Source: the human T2T-CHM13v2.0 reference genome, Homo sapiens
Direction: 5' to 3' (one strand)
DNA: 64,000 bases
Assembly (NCBI RefSeq): GCF_009914755.1
Contig: NC_060933.1
Shown: positions 60,150 through 64,000 of the stretch, one piece after another
Layout of the letters: each line of letters begins with the position of its first letter
How positions within the stretch are numbered: position 1 is the first letter of the stretch
Notes under the pieces: generated by a model
What the model was told of the DNA's origin: nothing
What the model saw: only the letters and a program-made list of their open reading frames with translations
The model's database searches: none
Made by a program: the position numbers and the translations under genes

Positions 60150-60800
60150 AAAACCACCACTCTCAAAACAATCTATTTTGACTTCTAAACCTATGTTATC
60201 AGCCTGAATCTTGCTCCTGTAGTCCATGTGTTTTCTATTGCTAATGAGCATCTCTAGGTGATTAATGCAGGAACTCACACTCAACACAGGTACGGTTAAG
60301 CTGGTTATTTTCCTCACATTTGTGTCCCTGTCTCAGTTGACAGTTTATATACTCTACACCTGTCATTCCTAGGTTACTTCTCCTCCCTCACTTCCCACCG
60401 CCATGCACTTATCAAGTCCTGTGAATTCTATCTCATCTCATCTCCACCATCCATTTGTTTCTCCCAGCATTACTACTGCAAAGTGTGGCCCTGGCTATCT
60501 ATTTTGTAAGACCCACAAAACAGTCTCCTCAGTTCCTCAGTTGTGTCCTTGCATGCAGCCTCAGCCTGTAGTCCATGTGTAGATCCTTGTCCAGAAGGTT
60601 GATTTTAAAACAAAAGTCTGTGGCTGGTGGTGTTCTGCTAAAGCCTTCAGTGGTCTTTTATCCCAGCAAGCAAAAGCTCCAGTCCTGTCCACTTTCTGAG
60701 ATAGGCCCCTTGTTGATTGCACGGTTCCAGGCACATCTCATATTGCACTGTGTCCGCTTAACATATCCTGGGCTTCGGTCATGTCAAAACCTTACAACTT
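60150..60800 (+). mobile_element. L2 fragment
   Basis: CTCACACTCAACA...CAAGTCCTGTGAATTCTATCTC...CTGCTAAAGCCTTCAGTGG. Confidence 0.6.
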
Positions 60801-60854
60801 CCCCAGATAAACAATTCTGCTTTAAGCACAATTCAATAGAAATATAATACAGTC

Positions 60855-60995
60855 CACAAATACTACTAGTCACTTATATAATTTTAATTTTTTTAATAAC
60901 CACATCAAAAAACTAAGAAGAAATAGGTAAAATTAATTTTAATAATATATTTAACCCAATACACCCAAAATGTTATGATTTTAACATGTAATTTA
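60855..60995. mobile_element. MER3-like (hAT-Charlie) fragment
   Basis: CCACATCAAAAAA.TAAGAAGAAATAGGTAAAATTAATTTTAATAATATAT...TTAACCCAAT. Confidence 0.75.
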
Positions 60996-61099
60996 AGAAG
61001 GATCGAGCCTTTGATACTTTGATCACGTTATCAAGCATGAAGAAAAAAATGAAAATCAGGACAGAATCTTGCTAGAGGGAGAAGGAAGGGGAACAGAAA

Positions 61100-61520
61100 A
61101 GGGAAGGAGCATCTATTTTTTAGAGACTTCTGGAGACAGTGGAAAAGAAGACAGTGATGGTGCTGGAGAAGCAATACTCAGGGGGCATCCAGAGAACTGG
61201 AAAGGGTGCTCCTGTGGAATCCAGCAAGTACATTGGTTTGAAAAAACAAAGTAGTGAGTAGATTCAAGTGCCTGATAGGTCATCTTGGGCTCTGAGAAGT
61301 GGCCACTGGCTGTGGCCATCAGTAACCACAAAATGAACGGTTTGGGAGCGTGGGGGTTGGAAGTCAAACTGCAACGGGCTGAGAGCAAATAGGAAGAGGC
61401 GGTTAAAAAGGCAAAAAGAAGACACGGCACAGCTGGAGAAGAGAGGATGGAGGAAGGGTGTGTCACTATTTTTCATACAAGAGACAATATTTCCTGCAGG
61501 AAAGGATGCAGTAGAGAGAA
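61100..61520 (-). mobile_element. L2 fragment
   Basis: GAGAAGTGGCCACTGG..TGGC...TGGGGGTTGGAAGTCA.ACTG. Confidence 0.5.
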
Positions 61521-61951
61521 GATATTGAGAGGAAAGGCACTCCCTCTATATGGGATGAGGACAACATGAATTCAGATGAAGGCAAATGTATAGGCAGGGT
61601 TCTCACACCTGGCAGCCTCAAACTCTCTCCCAGGCATCCCCTCTGTTGGAGGGAGGGCTCGGGAGTGGGCTGGAGGACTGGAAGCATTAACCAACAGATT
61701 TTGAAATCTTTATAGGGAAGCAAGAAACCCTTGAGAATTGTTAACATTCTGAAGTCTCAACACATTTATTTTGCCCTGTTCATCATTAGTCTACAAATAT
61801 TTCTTGTACTCCAGCTTCTACCTAACATTTTTCTGGAAAACCTCTCATTCTAGCCTCTATTTAGCTAATACTAATAAGCCTTGCACACCTCAATATCTGA
61901 GTTATGCACACATTGTTCCCAAGACTTCAAAGGGAGCTTGAAACACAGAAG

Positions 61952-62088
61952 AGACTCATTAAAGTCCATACTAAAGTATATGATGGATATGTCCATACTA
62001 AAGACTCATTAAAGTCCATACTAAAGTATATGATGGATATGTCCATACTAAAGACTCATTAAAGTCCATACTAAAGTATATGATGGAT
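61952..62088. repeat. Perfect 50 bp minisatellite, 2.7 copies
   Basis: Unit AGACTCATTAAAGTCCATACTAAAGTATATGATGGATATGTCCATACTAA repeats without mismatch. Confidence 0.97.
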
Positions 62089-62149
62089 GTGGGGAAGGAA
62101 GGGCAGCAATGGAAAATTGACTCGCCTTTTGAAGAAGAGCTGCCTCCCT

Positions 62150-63200
62150 ACCTTATTCCTCCTGCAAAATAGACTCCAAATGAATTTAAAAATTTTCAAC
62201 ATTAAAAAGACTCCATAAAATTAGTAGAAGAAAACATTAATAAATATGTTCTGTATAGCCTTGGGTCTTTCTAACTTCTTATTAAAAATTACATAAATTA
62301 TAAAGTCTGTACAGACTTTAAACTTCTGTATAGTATAAACAAAACAAAACAAAAATCAGTAACAACTCAGAAACAAGGATGAAGAAAAAACAGAAAAATT
62401 TCAACTATTTTACTGAAAAAAATAAAAATGAAGAAAAATATCTAATAACTACATGATATTAACAAGAAGCTCGCCTCAAAAAATAATAAATGGCCAATGG
62501 AAATGAAAACAATGTAACTCCAGTGTCACTAGCAATCAGAGAAATGCAAATTAAAAACTAATAAGGATTTTCCCACCAACTACATTGGCAAAGTTTTAAA
62601 AAGAGTTATAAAATCCAGTGCTTATAAAGATATGATATTGAAGGTACATTGACAAGTGGAAAGGGATAATGCTACAATTCTTCAGAAGGGTTGGCCAATT
62701 ATATCAAATTATACAATTGTTAAATCTGTACATTCTTTGACCCAGAAAGTTCAAATTCACTGCTAGGAATTTGCTCTGAAGAGAATAATGCGCAAGTCTG
62801 TTTGTTGAAGCATTGTTTATAATAACTTAAAAAATGGAAATACCTTACATAGCCACTGATTGGAAACAACTGATAAAAATTGTTGCATATACATACAATG
62901 AAATAAGTAATCAATAAAATGATGTTGGATATAGACCAATTTATTGACTTGAAAAGATAGTCATTATTTCATGTTTAAAACAATCAGTTGAGAAAGGAGC
63001 ATGAATTATGACCTCATTTACATAAAATTCCACACACACACACACACACACACACACATCCAGATACAGAAAGAAAGATGATATCTGGAAGAATGTTCAA
63101 CAAAATGTAAACCATATCTATCTCTGAGCCATGGGATTAGAGGTTATTTACTTCATAGAACTTTTCTGAATGATTTTAATTTTTTGCAAATAATAATATA
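62150..63200 (+). mobile_element. Old L1M 3' region, with (CA)n at ~63030-63058
   Basis: AAAATAGACTCCAAATG, TCACTAGCAATCAGAGAAATGCAAATTAAAA and GCATTGTTTATAATA. Confidence 0.8.
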
Positions 63201-63446
63201 CAAAAGTGTATTTGATACACAACTACACATACACACATACATTGGGGATTTTCTGAAAACAAAACTTCAATTGGAAATGATTTCAAAGTAGAGAAAAGAA
63301 AAATGTCAGAGAAGTCCTAGCAAAGAAGGAAAGAGAGTTTGTGGGCAAGGCAGACAATTTCAGGCTACGTTTGTATGTAGATGATAGGAGCCTATATAGA
63401 AGAAATCACCACATCAGTGGCTGAAACTAGAGACAGAGGATGCCAA
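63126..63446 (-). repeat. Inverted repeat arm B (~321 bp)
   Basis: Reverse complement of arm A; includes a 36 bp perfect match to AATGTATGTGTGTATGTGTAGTTGTGTATCAAATAC. Confidence 0.95.
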
Positions 63447-64000
63447 GAGGACTTAAATGGTGCAGACAACAAGCCTGACACATTCTATCTCTTGCACTGC
63501 AAATCCATGCATATCCTCCAAGATTACAATATGGTTTTCCATTTTTATGGAACAAGAGGACCTCGCTTCTTTTATGAGAGGAAGGGCAAAGCTTAAAAAA
63601 GTCAAAGTAGCCATCAAGGTACTACTGGCAAATGCAATATCAGAAAAGACATGATGCAAGAAGCCTCTAAATGTAGTAAGACTAGAACTGTTGATTACAG
63701 TGCTGCAGCTTGTCCCAAGGCTAGAGCTGATATTCATTGTCACCTTCGTCTGCTATGCATATTAGATTTCCCTCTGTAGCCCTTCACGTGGTCTGGATTG
63801 CATGCCTAATAGATGAGCCAGACCTTCGGGCCTGACGCATATGAGCCATGAGTTGACTTTCTCTTGTTGGGCTGTTTGGTGCAACTGCCCATTCACCATT
63901 TTCACTAAGCATGAAAGATTCTGTGACTCCTCTGGGTTCTGGGTATACTCTTTCCTGCCACCCTCGTGTAGCACAAACCTACCTCTTCACAGAAATCAGG

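Noticed and set aside
60216-60581. 16 bp exact direct repeat CCTGTAGTCCATGTGT, 350 bp apart
   Set aside because: Too short to interpret. It lies in degraded L2 sequence and may be chance or a small local copy.
61952-62088. CRISPR-like repeat-spacer pattern (13-mer recurring 5 times)
   Set aside because: The spacers alternate between two identical sequences, so it is a tandem repeat. There are no cas genes and the context is eukaryotic.
59794-63446. The inverted arms as terminal inverted repeats of a DNA transposon
   Set aside because: There is no TSD or transposase. The spacer holds older L2, L1M and MER3 relics, and one arm is continuous with an L1M.
63453-63974. Hydrophobic minus-strand ORFs, considered as a receptor pseudogene
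   Set aside because: No GPCR or other family motifs, and lengths are as expected by chance.

Overview
This is primate genomic DNA, human or ape-like, judged from AluY, AluS and AluJ elements, a full-length L1PA7/8-type LINE-1 and an ERV9 LTR12 solo LTR. It is AT-rich and repeat-dense and looks intronic or intergenic. I could not support any host protein-coding exon, tRNA, rRNA, snRNA or CRISPR array; almost all listed ORFs are L1, Alu or LTR-derived or chance frames. Main features are a ~6.5 kb dead L1 on the minus strand (857-7331) with target-site duplication (TSD) and an open ORF0-like antisense frame, 12 Alu elements or fragments, MER50, LTR12, MLT1 and LTR16/33-type LTRs, MER1B, MER2, MER3, MER5A and Tigger4 DNA transposons, old L1M, L2 and MIR relics, and several simple repeats. 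The structures that repeat annotation does not explain are: (i) a ~330 bp inverted duplication of mostly unique sequence (59794-60126 vs 63126-63446, ~88% identical, ~3.0 kb spacer); (ii) a 63 bp copy of the MER50 flank/LTR junction inserted into a MIR 2.3 kb away; (iii) two head-truncated, inverted AluY copies that pair around a 53 nt loop; (iv) an LTR12 whose core-promoter GT-box has expanded to an ~83 bp G-tract and whose poly(A) signal appears lost; (v) a perfect 50 bp minisatellite built from hairpins. I found no convincing new gene system. Repeat subfamily names come from remembered consensus sequences and should be confirmed with RepeatMasker/Dfam. Identities were counted by hand.
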